A stretch of DNA of 64,000 nucleotides from a virus. The stretch is taken from the IMG/VR virus record IMGVR_UViG_2910705042_000001; one strand, 5' to 3'. This document shows, one piece after another, positions 1-10,266 of this stretch. How positions within the stretch are numbered: the stretch's first letter is position 1; each line of letters starts with the position of its first letter. The notes below the pieces were generated by a model that ran no database searches, was not told the origin of the DNA, and saw only the letters and a list, made by a program, of their open reading frames with translations. Made by a program: the position numbers and the translations under genes.

Positions 1-432
1 GCAGAGCCATGCGATGAGTTCGTCCATGCAGTAGACGGTGCCTACCTTGTTGGTGCGGTAGATGGCGGGTATGGCTGCTAGACGGAAGTTGGCAAGGTCG
101 TCGGGGTGGACGTGCATGAGGTCGGCGGCATCCTCGAGGAGGGCGTAGCTGTGGACACGGTTGGCGAGGGTAGCGAGCTGGTCGGATGTGGCCAGGTCGG
201 GGCGAATGTGGACCACATCGGGGTCGGCGACTCTCCATAGGTGGCGTGCGTCGGCTTCGTGAATGTCTCCGTTGGCGGTGGTGACATACCATGTCGGTGA
301 GTCCATCCAGTCGGACAGGGAAGAGACGACGGTCGGTTCGTTGTTCCCGTCGCTGATGATGTCTCCTGGTGCAATCTCCCTCAATGCAACACTTCCGCTC
401 GGGGTGTGGATGAGGGTGTCAGCGGCCAGCGC
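1..432 (-). other. Intein, N-terminal part (Ala1; class 3-like), inserted after GxxGxGK
   Basis: ALAADTLIHTPSGSVALREIAPGDIISDGNNEPTVV matches Hint block A. EADARHLWRV matches block B, with His at B10 and Trp at B12. The insertion point directly after the Walker A lysine is a typical intein site. Confidence 0.85.
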
Positions 433-3255
433 TTTGCCGGAACCGGTCAATCCGATGAGCATGAGGTGCGGGTCGTTTTGCGGGTTCCATTCGATGACGT
501 TGCCGTCGATACCCACTCCGAGTCCCACAGTTGTGGGATGCTGGTCGGCCCACTGAAAGTCGTAGTCGACAGTGTCGGGCAAGGGGTTGTCGACACACGT
601 GAGGGCGGTGATGTTGCGGGGGTCGTCTGGGTCATCGGAGAACTCGAGGAAGGCCAGTCCTGCCGCCTTCTCGATCGCACCTTTCTTCTTCTGCACGTCG
701 GTGAGGGAGACTCCTGCGGGCAGAGCAAACGTGACTTTCTTGATCGTGGGGTTGGCTGGTAGAGGTGTCACGTCGAGGGTGACCGGGAGCGTCCCGGTTG
801 TCTTGGAGATGAGTCCTGCCGCCTCAAACGTCTGTTGCCAGGCGAGGTTGGTCAGCCAGCGTCGATCGTCTTCCATGCTCAATGTGATCCGTTCGAACGG
901 GGTTCCGGCGACGAGACGAATGACGGATGGGTCTTCGTCTTGGGCGACGGCCAACCATTCACAGGCGAATTGGGCTTTGAGTGCTTGGAGTTTCGTACGG
1001 ACGTTGGCCATCGTCACCCCGTCGTAAAGGCGCACGTCGATCCTCCAGCATTGAGAGGCTGAACCGGGTTGTGCCAGCGGGCGGGTCTGGATGACTTCGG
1101 GGCGGGCGAGGCCAACGGCGGTGAATGCTTTGCAGACGCGTCCGGCCAGCACCCAATGCTCGGGAAACGATTCGGTGCGGAAGGATGTCCAGATATCGGT
1201 GCGTCCCTTCTTGACCGGGATGATGCGGGCCGGGTCGATGGGAATGTCGTTGTGGGACCACGTGACCGTGATGGCCTGGTTGTGGCGGGTGCCGGGTCCT
1301 TTGCCGGCGGCGGGGAAACCTGTGACGGCACAGAAGGGTGCTCCTTGCAAGGTTGCTGCCAGTTCGTTGTCGATGCCGGTGAATTGGCGTGGTTCGATGC
1401 CGTTGCGGGTCACGAACCCCATTTGTTCGAGGTGGGCGCGTCCTAGGTCGGCGCTGCGGTAGGTTGCCCATTCGGCGGTTGGCCCCACGGATGCGACCTT
1501 CTTGATGGAGGCCCACCGGGTGTCCCAGTCGTTCGTATCGGAGATGCGGGTCAGGAGTTGGGGGACAATGTCGTCTCCCGGGTTGCGTACTCCCAGTGCG
1601 GAACCCATGTGGGTACGTTCGGGGGTTGCTGCCAGATGCGCGGCGCCGGTTGTGTCACCCACGAGGAGGGTGTGGGTGGCGAGTGTGTCACACGCAAACG
1701 GGGTGGACATGACTTTTTCGAGGGTGGAGGAGTACCACAGGGCGACATTGGTCAAGTCATCTTCGCCGGTCATCGCGTTGACGAGGCTGATAGCACGCAG
1801 AACGGGTCCGGGAGTGGACTCCGGTTCTTCCGCGTCAGGTTCGGGCACGGAAGCAGAGTCAGGCACAACATCGGGTTGTGCCTTCGGTGCGGTGGTGTGT
1901 TCGCTCTGACTCCACGGGTCGGGCAGGCGGCGGGTCAATCGGGCACGGATCGTTTCGACCAGACCCATGCGCGGCTCACCCAGAACCACGTCGATGAGGG
2001 GAAGTTCCGGGCGAGCGGGCTCCGTTTCGGGTGTGGCTTCTTCTGTGCCTACCGACTCCACTACCTGCGGAGGTTCCACTGGTGCCGGGACGTCTGGATT
2101 CTCCGGGGCGATGAAGTAATCCCAGAAATGATGGACCGGGGCAGGTTCGCCAACCTCATCCAGTCGAACAATGCGGGACGGCACAATCCTCTTGTCAGGA
2201 GCAGTCTTTTGCATGTAGGCGTCCACAGACATCGCGAGTGCGAGAGATGTGAGGAGGTAGAGGTCTGTGTCGCTCAGGGTGGGGTCGGACAGGTCGATGC
2301 GTGTTTCTGGGGGCACGATCATGAGGTGGATGCTTGTCGGGGATGTTGTGCCGTATTGGGGTTGTCCGTTTTTGTCGTGGGTGGGGGCGTGGACGCAGTA
2401 GAGGTTTGCGCCGGGGATGAAGCGGGCGAGGCTTTCTTGTGCTTTCATGACGTCGGCGACTGACAGCATTTGGTCGAGGGTGAGCGTGGTGATGTCGATG
2501 TTGGTGATGGTGGTGTGGAAGGAGACGACTGGGGGTCTGTAGCGGGGGAAGATGGCGTGGAAGATGTCGGTCCATTGTTCGCGGGCATCTTTTTGGTCTG
2601 CCCAGTCTCTTTTTGCTGTCGTGTAGGTGGCGGCCCACATGATGGTGGCGGTGACGCTCATGCCTGCGCCGACTCCGACGATTGTGTGGCGGGTCGGGTC
2701 GATCCACTCGGTTGTGGTGGTGAATGTGAGGACGTGTGCTTGCCACCCGGCGGCGATTCCGGCTGCGAGCGCGAGGGTATATGTCCACCATGGAGTGGTG
2801 CGGGTGAAGGTTGGTCCGGGGAAGGTGGTGGTGGCGCGCAGGATGTGGATGGTGAGGAATGTGGCGAGAGGGTTGAGCCACCACAGGATGTAGGTGGTGG
2901 AGTTCCAGACGGTGATGGCGGTGCTGATGCCGGCTAGGCCGGGTCCGATCCACCATGTGATGAAGCGGGCGTCGATCCATGTTGGGTTGGGCAGGAGTGC
3001 GCGCAGGATGGTTCGAGTTGTGGTGTAGCGGCGCTGGGCACGGTGTTCGGTCGTGTTGGCTGGTGTGGGTTGTTTGGTGAGGAGGTCTCGTTCCCCTGTC
3101 AGGATCGGAGTTTGTTCCATGATTGCGGCAACGACAAGCCCGAGGGGGATGAGGATGAGTCCGGGGTATCCGTTGTATGTGGCCAGTCCTGCCACGGCGA
3201 TGCTGGCGAGGCTGATCGGGTAGAACCAGGAGGATTGTGTGGGTTGTGCTGCCAT
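1..3255 (-). CDS. Membrane-anchored FtsK/SpoIIIE-like P-loop ATPase, intein-containing, 3'-partial (>1085 aa)
   Basis: I translated an open frame from ATG 3255 (MAAQPTQSSWFYP...) off the left edge with no stop. It is absent from the ORF track because no stop falls in the window. N-terminal TM helices, then ...WNPQNDPHLMLIGLTGSGK (Walker A), followed immediately by an intein-like sequence. Confidence 0.85.
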   Translation of the reverse strand, partial: MAAQPTQSSWFYPISLASIAVAGLATYNGYPGLILIPLGLVVAAIMEQTPILTGERDLLTKQPTPANTTEHRAQRRYTTTRTILRALLPNPTWIDARFITWWIGPGLAGISTAITVWNSTTYILWWLNPLATFLTIHILRATTTFPGPTFTRTTPWWTYTLALAAGIAAGWQAHVLTFTTTTEWIDPTRHTIVGVGAGMSVTATIMWAATYTTAKRDWADQKDAREQWTDIFHAIFPRYRPPVVSFHTTITNIDITTLTLDQMLSVADVMKAQESLARFIPGANLYCVHAPTHDKNGQPQYGTTSPTSIHLMIVPPETRIDLSDPTLSDTDLYLLTSLALAMSVDAYMQKTAPDKRIVPSRIVRLDEVGEPAPVHHFWDYFIAPENPDVPAPVEPPQVVESVGTEEATPETEPARPELPLIDVVLGEPRMGLVETIRARLTRRLPDPWSQSEHTTAPKAQPDVVPDSASVPEPDAEEPESTPGPVLRAISLVNAMTGEDDLTNVALWYSSTLEKVMSTPFACDTLATHTLLVGDTTGAAHLAATPERTHMGSALGVRNPGDDIVPQLLTRISDTNDWDTRWASIKKVASVGPTAEWATYRSADLGRAHLEQMGFVTRNGIEPRQFTGIDNELAATLQGAPFCAVTGFPAAGKGPGTRHNQAITVTWSHNDIPIDPARIIPVKKGRTDIWTSFRTESFPEHWVLAGRVCKAFTAVGLARPEVIQTRPLAQPGSASQCWRIDVRLYDGVTMANVRTKLQALKAQFACEWLAVAQDEDPSVIRLVAGTPFERITLSMEDDRRWLTNLAWQQTFEAAGLISKTTGTLPVTLDVTPLPANPTIKKVTFALPAGVSLTDVQKKKGAIEKAAGLAFLEFSDDPDDPRNITALTCVDNPLPDTVDYDFQWADQHPTTVGLGVGIDGNVIEWNPQNDPHLMLIGLTGSGKALAADTLIHTPSGSVALREIAPGDIISDGNNEPTVVSSLSDWMDSPTWYVTTANGDIHEADARHLWRVADPDVVHIRPDLATSDQLATLANRVHSYALLEDAADLMHVHPDDLANFRLAAIPAIYRTNKVGTVYCMDELIAWLC

Positions 3256-3278
3256 GCTCTCTTAGTGTGCGGAGACGT

Positions 3279-4085
3279 TCACATCATGAGCGTGGTTGCC
3301 GCCACGGCGAAGAGGATGAGAATGATGCGTGATGCCCATTGGCGGGCGCGTTGGTGCTCGGGTGGGGTGGGGCGGGTCAGGACCCATGCGGTGGCCAGTG
3401 TGATGGGGAGGAAGGCGGGCCATCCTACGGCGTAGGCCGAGAGGGCGAAGACGATGAGTCCGACAAGGGTGCGGGTGGCGGGTGTGAGGGTGCGGGTTGG
3501 GTGGTTTACCCATGTGCACGCGTCGAGGGTGAGCACGAGGGATGAATCGACGAGGCTTTCGGGGACCATGTGGTGGATGAGTGTGTGAACGTTGGTGATG
3601 GTCATGGGGACGAAGTTCAAGGGAGCTTCGACTGTGATGTCCGTGTTTTCGGCGATGATGACGAGTGCTCCGGTTACACGGGTTTTCAGGTAGCTGGACC
3701 ATGCGGTGAGGTGTTTGCTCATGTGTATGTCGCCACCGGCAAACGGGCTCCATGTTCCGGCGGTGTCTGCGTGGCGGCGGCGCATGGCGAGTGCCCCGTC
3801 GGGGGTGGGGCTGAACTTGTAGTCGTAGCCGGAGGCCCAGTTCTTTGCGTCGATGATGAGAACGTCGCGTCCACGTAGGACCATGGCGTCGGCATCGAAG
3901 ATGCGTCCGGGGATTTTTGCCGAGTAGAACACGTGCGGGTTGATGCTTCCCCAGCGCGCGTTTTCCACAGCGTCTGCCAGTCGTTTTTCTCCGGCTACTC
4001 CGGCATCCACCCGGTCACGTGGTAGATCGGATTCGAGGATGGCGCGTCCCGGGGTGCCGTGAATGTTTGCGGAGGGGATGGACAC
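3279..4085 (-). CDS. NERD-like PD-(D/E)XK nuclease-related protein with C-terminal TM helices
   Basis: GVAGEKRLAD...DADAMVLRGRDVLIIDAKNW fits the NERD pattern; hydrophobic C-terminus; RBS AAGGAG. Confidence 0.7.
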   Translation of the reverse strand: MSIPSANIHGTPGRAILESDLPRDRVDAGVAGEKRLADAVENARWGSINPHVFYSAKIPGRIFDADAMVLRGRDVLIIDAKNWASGYDYKFSPTPDGALAMRRRHADTAGTWSPFAGGDIHMSKHLTAWSSYLKTRVTGALVIIAENTDITVEAPLNFVPMTITNVHTLIHHMVPESLVDSSLVLTLDACTWVNHPTRTLTPATRTLVGLIVFALSAYAVGWPAFLPITLATAWVLTRPTPPEHQRARQWASRIILILFAVAATTLMM

Positions 4086-4328
4086 AGGTACTCCTTCATC
4101 AAAGGGATATACCTGTCATGTGTGCGGAACTCAGATCGAGATGATTGCGGGCACCACGGATGTCCGGTCAACAGTTCATGAGTGCACTATTGCCGGTGCC
4201 GATTATTGTAAAGGGGTTCGTTCTGTGTGGAGGAGGGTAGTCCGCCCGCTTTACAAATGCGTCCACCCTGATCGAGAAGTCGGGGTGGGCACGGATGCAA
4301 GGCTAAGTCTTTCGACTAGCCGAAACAC

Positions 4329-4664
4329 TTAGCCTTGCATCCGTGCCTCGAGTTCAGAGATTCTACTTCCGAGATTGTTCACTTCTGCTTCCAGACGCAA
4401 AGTGTTGGATAAGAGCTCGGTGATAACCATATTCGGATCGAATCGGACACCGTCCTTAACGATTTTGGCTGCGACTTGCGTCAATGGGAGTCCATCCAAA
4501 GTGTTTATGTCCATCGATTCAATCCATTTGCGGGCGCCATCGAAAGACTCAGAATTGAGATCCATTCGTGGGAGCAGAAACGCACACGGCCATCGCATGG
4601 TGATTGATGCAGTCGAAAGGCTCATGTGCCTTCGGCTCGATGCGTGGGTCGAGATACTGGGCAA
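4329..4664 (-). CDS. Hypothetical protein with coiled-coil C-terminus (start uncertain)
   Basis: ORF in a lower-GC patch; C-terminus LRLEAEVNNLGSRISELEARMQ. Confidence 0.3.
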   Translation of the reverse strand: MPSISTHASSRRHMSLSTASITMRWPCAFLLPRMDLNSESFDGARKWIESMDINTLDGLPLTQVAAKIVKDGVRFDPNMVITELLSNTLRLEAEVNNLGSRISELEARMQG

Positions 4665-4715
4665 ACCAGCGGCGCGTCAGCATAAAGAGTGGATTCTCAT
4701 ACGCTGATACGTGCG

Positions 4716-5042
4716 TTACTGCGGTCTGTCATCCTTCTTTGGCAAGAGTTTCACAAGGATAGTTGCAGCAAAGATTCCAAGCGCACTAAATGTCAGAAGC
4801 TCGATTCCCCGAGTGGCCGCTTCTCCCAATCCATCATTGAAGAATCCCCAAGTGGACCAGAACATAGGCACGAAAAGCATAAAGATTTGGCCTGCCATCA
4901 TCCCAGAAGACGCGACATCCCTGTATCCACCGTAGTTTCTTAACTTATGTATCTGTGCGAACAACTCTGTTACACATACTGCAAGTATCACCATCACCAA
5001 CAATTCGGTCAGCGTCCCACATTGGTCGCTTGTCAATCCCAA
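4716..5042 (-). CDS. Small membrane protein
   Basis: Three hydrophobic stretches; lower GC than the flanks. Confidence 0.45.
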   Translation of the reverse strand: MGLTSDQCGTLTELLVMVILAVCVTELFAQIHKLRNYGGYRDVASSGMMAGQIFMLFVPMFWSTWGFFNDGLGEAATRGIELLTFSALGIFAATILVKLLPKKDDRPQ

Positions 5043-5312
5043 AGCTCGTCCTCTCTTTTCGGATCAAGATATCTAACAGCTCTGATCCTAGTCGGACCGA
5101 ATCACACCTATTGGTAACAAAAACTCCAACACCCCATGGAATGGATAATGGCGGCAACAAGGATCAGCACATGCCCGAGTCTCCGGTCGACGGTGAATCT
5201 AGTGAGCGGTGGACGTGTACACGGAATGGTGAATCATTGTCATAGTTGCGTGCAGCATTCTCAGTTGTGGGAGTGTGGCGGCGTGGCTTGATCTGGTGAA
5301 CGGAAGACAGTC

Positions 5313-5609
5313 TTACGCCCACGGGTCGGCGGCAGGTGGTTGAGACATGGGGCCTAGTGCTGGCTCATCCCATGTCTCGAACATGTCGGCAGATTGTGGG
5401 TTCGACGTGGGTTCACTCGAAAAGACGGACTCGCTTGAATCCGACACCTTACGAACGAACCGAGCCGAGGTCTGCGGGCGGGAGACATAGGAGGCACACG
5501 TGATGCCCACGAAAGTACATACTCCTTGAACGATCGCCACATCGATCTGCCACATGACAGCAAATGCGAGAATAGAAACGAGACACGCGATGGTTTTCAG
5601 GCTTCTCAT
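5313..5609 (-). CDS. Small 2-TM membrane protein (98 aa)
   Basis: ATG 5609 overlaps the upstream TGA (ATGA); CCGCACAC lies 9 nt upstream; MRSLKTIACLVSILAFAVMW. Confidence 0.65.
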   Translation of the reverse strand: MRSLKTIACLVSILAFAVMWQIDVAIVQGVCTFVGITCASYVSRPQTSARFVRKVSDSSESVFSSEPTSNPQSADMFETWDEPALGPMSQPPAADPWA

Positions 5610-6967
5610 GTCTCTCCAGTGTGCGGAAGAGTAGCGCGCCGTACCGCTTCGACATCTTTGCTCCGGGGCGCACCGGGCGAGAGCGCGCGTGGAGGCGACA
5701 CCCGACGGCGCAACCGCATGTCGATAGGTGGCACATCCACACCCGCACCGTGGGCCAACCCCGCCCATATCGGCAACGGGTCGGTGCGCGTCCACGCCGG
5801 AGACACCAGTGTTGCCTGCAACCCCCGATGAATATGGGTGGTCGGCTCTGGGTTTACCATCCGCCCATCCCCCAAGACAGTGACGTTCACCCATTGGCGT
5901 GAGTCCACCTCATAGCGTTGACACATAAGTGAACCAAACTCGCTCGTCGGCCCGTCCGGGTGAAACCACGACTTCCACGAGGCGGTGAGAATGCGCTCGC
6001 GGATGGTGCGGTTCCATGCACCGTCTAGGTGACGGCGGATGATCTTGGCGATGCGGTGTTGGAACTGGGCGTAGGTGGTTTTCGATTCGGTCAACGGGAT
6101 CGCGTCGAGGAAGAGCACAGCCCTACCTCCCGGTGCGCCCCGGAGCGCATCAGCCCATGCGATGACTTTGTCTTCGAGTCCGCGCGAGGAGGAGGCTGTC
6201 GTTTCGATGCCGAGGATGAAGTCGTCGTCTCGCACGATGATGCCATCTGCACGTTTGGCACTTCTGTGGCTGCCCGCATCGACAAGATCGGTGAGGAAGG
6301 ATTGGGCTTCCCCGGCAACGGTGACCGGTAGGTAGGCCGCAGCTCGCAGGAGGAGTTCGGCGGTGAGAATGTTGTGGCGGGCATATTGGCCACCCACGCT
6401 CAGGGGTGTTCCGGCCGCCACGGCCCACCGTCCCGGCAGTGTGAGGTGACGGTTGAGAGTGGTGCGCCAGTCGGTCGCGTTGTTCAGATGGAAGGCGTAC
6501 AGGTCAAGGTTGTTCGGGTCGGCTCCGGCGACGATAGAGGGGATGTGTATTCCGCGATCGAGGATTCCGGCTGCGAAGAGAGTGTGGATGAGGTGGGAGA
6601 AGTCGTCGGTGGGTTGATGGCGGACAAACCCGGCGATCTGGGTGAAGGTGAGGGTGCGGTAGGAAGCGACGACACTGACAATTTCGATGGTCTCTTCCAG
6701 ATGGGCGAGAACATGTTTCCATGCGGCGTTGACCGTCGGGATGGGGCGGGTGGCTGAGCCTCGCACCGTCAGGAGTCGGGCGCTGTCTGCGCTTTGCCAC
6801 GTGAAAGAGTCGTGGGTGGGCCACATGCCCGAATAGAACGGGTCGCGCCTCCCGCCTGCTCGGGCGTAGTCGGGGACCCGTGGACGCACCAACAAATGGG
6901 CTGGTTCGGGGCGGGGGTCATCTGGGTATGGGGAGACATACGGGGGTGCAAGGTTCGAGGCCGTCAT
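5606..6967 (-). CDS. Replication-relaxation (Replic_Relax-like) protein, probable relaxase
   Basis: Winged-helix-like VASYRTLTFTQIA, HNILTAE, and ADGIIV...IETT nuclease-like motif. Coupled (ATGA) to the VirD4-like gene. Start reassigned to MTASNL at 6967. Confidence 0.65.
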   Translation of the reverse strand: MTASNLAPPYVSPYPDDPRPEPAHLLVRPRVPDYARAGGRRDPFYSGMWPTHDSFTWQSADSARLLTVRGSATRPIPTVNAAWKHVLAHLEETIEIVSVVASYRTLTFTQIAGFVRHQPTDDFSHLIHTLFAAGILDRGIHIPSIVAGADPNNLDLYAFHLNNATDWRTTLNRHLTLPGRWAVAAGTPLSVGGQYARHNILTAELLLRAAAYLPVTVAGEAQSFLTDLVDAGSHRSAKRADGIIVRDDDFILGIETTASSSRGLEDKVIAWADALRGAPGGRAVLFLDAIPLTESKTTYAQFQHRIAKIIRRHLDGAWNRTIRERILTASWKSWFHPDGPTSEFGSLMCQRYEVDSRQWVNVTVLGDGRMVNPEPTTHIHRGLQATLVSPAWTRTDPLPIWAGLAHGAGVDVPPIDMRLRRRVSPPRALSPGAPRSKDVEAVRRATLPHTGET

Positions 6968-9345
6968 AGCGTCGCGTACCCGATGTAGGCCTGCGGATCC
7001 GACTTCCACCACACAGTGGATGCTGTGAACGTGGGCTGGGACTGTCCGTGGGACGATGCGGAGATCGCTGCCTCGTAGCGGGGCAGGTTGATGAGGTCGG
7101 GTCCGCTCCATTCTTGCCCGTCGGCCCCCAGTCGTGCCGCGATCTCGGTGGCAATGACCGAGTCGTCGGCTTTGAAGGAGACGAAGACAGGGAAAGTCTG
7201 CATGGTGCGGCGCAGGTCGGGGTGAAGCTGGCTGGGGTATTGGGTGGCGTAGATGGGACGGGCACCATACGAGCGTCCCTTGTTGCGCCACCAGTCAAGA
7301 ATCTGGGGCGAGTCTTTCCCGATGGTAGACACCTCGTCAAAGATCGGGGTGTGATACCAACCCAACTCATCCCAGCCGGCACAGTGGGCTTGCACGGTGC
7401 GCTGGAGCGTGTAGGTAAAGATTGCGGTGACAAGAGTCTCCTCATCGTCACTGAGCACATGAGGGTGTTGCCCGCTGGTGAGGATGACAACGTTGTGGGC
7501 GTTGGTGAGAATCCATTCCCACGAGGGTTTATTCGCGCTCAGGAACAGGTGGTCGAGGCTGGCAAGGCGGGCGATTTTGTTGCGGGGAGCTTTTGTGGCA
7601 TCGCGCCGCTGGGCCGGGGTTGTCTTCCCATACAAGGTGTCCAAGGCGGCAGCGCATTGAAGCATGTAGGCCGTACCGTCCATCAGCTTCTTGCGCAGTT
7701 CGGTGGCGAGAATGTTTCCTGCTTCATCCCCCATACCGGTCAAAAGAATGTGGGCGTAGTGGACGAACGATCCGGGCGTGAATGCACCCAACGGTGCGTT
7801 CTTGTGCGCCTGAGCGTTGGACAGGACTGTCTCGTCGACGAACTGGGCGGCACGCAAACTTGTCATGAGGGCCTCGCGTGACGCCGACCCGATCTCTCCA
7901 TCAGCGGACGCATACACGAGGGCATCTGTCAGGAGTGCGGCCTTATCTTCGGCGGTAGCCCCGGGCCCGAACAGGTCGATCCCGTTGGGGCAGGTGGGGT
8001 CAGCAACATTGATGTACCACAATGGGTTAGGGGAGTGTCCCACCACCTGGGTGACGGTGCGATGGACCTCAACGTAGGCTTTCGCGCCGTCTGGTTTGAT
8101 CTCAAAAATGATGACCGAGTTGTGTGCTCCGGGTGCTTTGGGACGCCGGGAGGGGTGTGCCTGTTCACCGAACAGGTAGGCGGCCATGCCTTGAAGGAAG
8201 ACCGACTTGCCGGAACCGGGAGACCCGAAGATCGCCATGCCCAGACCCGCATCCTCATCACACACATACGTCGGTGTCTCTTCCGCCAAGCCGACGAATG
8301 CACCCTGACGGGCCCGGGCCGATGGTGGTGGGGGACGGTGAAATGTTTGGGTTGCTCCCGATTCGGCACCGGCTTGAGGTGAGAGGAACGTGGCGGCCAT
8401 GATGGGGGATAGAAGAACGCTACAGGCGTGAAGTGGATAGGACGGGTCACGTGCCTCGATCGGGTTGCCTTCCTTGTCTACTCCTGCTCGGCGTCCCTTC
8501 GAGGCGGGCACACTCCGGTGGGGTGGTGGGGGAAGAGTGCGTCGCAGACGAGTGGCGCGTGTGGGGATGAGTCCGCGTCCAACACACATGCCGATGAGAG
8601 CGAAGAATCCTGCCGCCCAGACAAGGTAGGGATGTGGAACATACGGGTCAAGAATGCCTGTCACGTGGAGGGTCAGGCACGCGGCTCCTCCAAGAAGCCA
8701 TGCACCCAACGCCGGGACGACGGAAGGGTGACTCGTGCGTGTGTCCACGTCAAAACCCACCCACGAGCCGACCAGAGAATCAATGATGCGCCGGGCACGG
8801 TAGGTGTCGGAGGCTCCCGCATACACGGCGGCCACCACAGGTTGGGCGGACTGTTTGGAATAGTGCTGGATCTGTCCGGCCCGCATGGTGCGCACAAAGG
8901 TCGCATACCGGTTCTTCTCCAACCGGGAGGGTTTGCGGACGACGAGCGCCACCCACGAGTCTTCTTCAAGGATGAGGGAGATCTGGTCAATGATGGCCGC
9001 CGGGTCCGCACCGGCCAAGGTTGCACCGTAGTCGAGGTGTTGGCGGGCCGACACGCGCAGCTGGACGATCTGGTCGGTCGGGGAACGAAACTGGGGCTCG
9101 TCGCAGGTGTCAGCTCGCGCACCCAGGGAGCGCGCCAGACCGATTGCCGCCGTCTCTTCCTCATGGCTCGAACCCGTCATGATGTAGGAGGACAGCGCTT
9201 CACTCGTGCGGTGGACAAGGAGAGTCGCTGGACCCCGCGATGTCAGATTCGCTAACGCCACACCGAGACCTTGCATGAGAACGGACGGGTTGGTGGACAT
9301 CTGTCCGGTGCGGGTGAGGGTGTAACACGTACGTGGAGCAGTCAT
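6964..9345 (-). CDS. VirD4/TraG-like type IV coupling ATPase
   Basis: Walker A GSPGSGKS, Walker B IFDEVS, GRSYG...ATQYPSQ, LINLPRY. TM pair mid-protein. Start MTAPRT at 9345. Confidence 0.75.
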   Translation of the reverse strand: MTAPRTCYTLTRTGQMSTNPSVLMQGLGVALANLTSRGPATLLVHRTSEALSSYIMTGSSHEEETAAIGLARSLGARADTCDEPQFRSPTDQIVQLRVSARQHLDYGATLAGADPAAIIDQISLILEEDSWVALVVRKPSRLEKNRYATFVRTMRAGQIQHYSKQSAQPVVAAVYAGASDTYRARRIIDSLVGSWVGFDVDTRTSHPSVVPALGAWLLGGAACLTLHVTGILDPYVPHPYLVWAAGFFALIGMCVGRGLIPTRATRLRRTLPPPPHRSVPASKGRRAGVDKEGNPIEARDPSYPLHACSVLLSPIMAATFLSPQAGAESGATQTFHRPPPPSARARQGAFVGLAEETPTYVCDEDAGLGMAIFGSPGSGKSVFLQGMAAYLFGEQAHPSRRPKAPGAHNSVIIFEIKPDGAKAYVEVHRTVTQVVGHSPNPLWYINVADPTCPNGIDLFGPGATAEDKAALLTDALVYASADGEIGSASREALMTSLRAAQFVDETVLSNAQAHKNAPLGAFTPGSFVHYAHILLTGMGDEAGNILATELRKKLMDGTAYMLQCAAALDTLYGKTTPAQRRDATKAPRNKIARLASLDHLFLSANKPSWEWILTNAHNVVILTSGQHPHVLSDDEETLVTAIFTYTLQRTVQAHCAGWDELGWYHTPIFDEVSTIGKDSPQILDWWRNKGRSYGARPIYATQYPSQLHPDLRRTMQTFPVFVSFKADDSVIATEIAARLGADGQEWSGPDLINLPRYEAAISASSHGQSQPTFTASTVWWKSDPQAYIGYATL

Positions 9346-10084
9346 ACTCTCCCAGTGTGCGGAAAACACGTGGACCCAAAAACCCCGAAAAAACCCGCCC
9401 CCCAGCGGATTCTTCGCCTTGCTTGCCCATCTCCCACGTGCCACCAGCCTTCCCGAATCACCCCACAATTCCTCAGTTTTCTTTCCTTTTCGTCAAGAAA
9501 TCTTCGTCATGTGGGCTGATGTGCTGGTGGCTTGGGTGTATCGGGCGGCGCAGGTGCTCTTCGCGTGTGGTCGCTCAGTGCCCCGGGGTGGTTGGTGTCA
9601 TGGGTGATGGTGAAGCGGGTGTGGGTTGTGGGTTGGGGCGCTGCGCGTGGCGGGGTGTGTGGCGGGGCGCAGTCCGGAAGAGGTGTGTCATGAGTGGTGT
9701 GTGCGGGGGTGGGGTGTGATCGTGGTTCGTGAACAGACGTGCATCAGTGGTGTGGGTGGATGTGCATATGGGGTGGGTGTTCGGTGGTGGTGAGGAGTGC
9801 GGGCGCAGCCATGTGAACAGATGAGCAGTGGTGGTGCGAGTGGATGATCAGTGATGTGCATGGGTGGTGTGAAAACACGGGTGATGGTGGGTGATGGAGC
9901 TGTACCTACGTGAGCGAATGTGCATCAACATCCTGAACGGATGGTGACAGTGAGTGGAGCGTACAGGTCACCCAGCCCGCCATCCGGGATGCCCCACGCT
10001 AGAAGAGGAGTGGTCTATCGAACGGTTCGCCCCCAGGGGCGTACCCGAGATGGACACGGTGGCGTGTGAGTCGGACACAGAGAA

Positions 10085-10124
10085 ACATTCTCTTTCCACA
10101 GAGGCCACGTTGGAAAGAGAATGT
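10085..10124. repeat. Perfect 14-bp inverted repeat (ACATTCTCTTTCCA / TGGAAAGAGAATGT)
   Basis: Read directly; 12-nt loop; non-coding region upstream of the coupling-protein/relaxase operon. Confidence 0.8.
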
Positions 10125-10266
10125 GCGAGGTGGACGGAGGGCAGGACGGGAAGAATGGCACGCCGGGGCGTGGCAGTTGGCATGGCGGGGTGGGTGACGC
10201 ACGCGAGCGAAGCGAGCGTGGCCTACCGGCGAAGTCGGGTGGTTCCGCGCGGGGTTGGGGCGGGGC

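Noticed and set aside
1558-2980. Long track ORFs 1558-2463 (+) and 2195-2980 (-)
   Set aside because: Shadow frames of the real minus-strand FtsK-like gene (1-3255).
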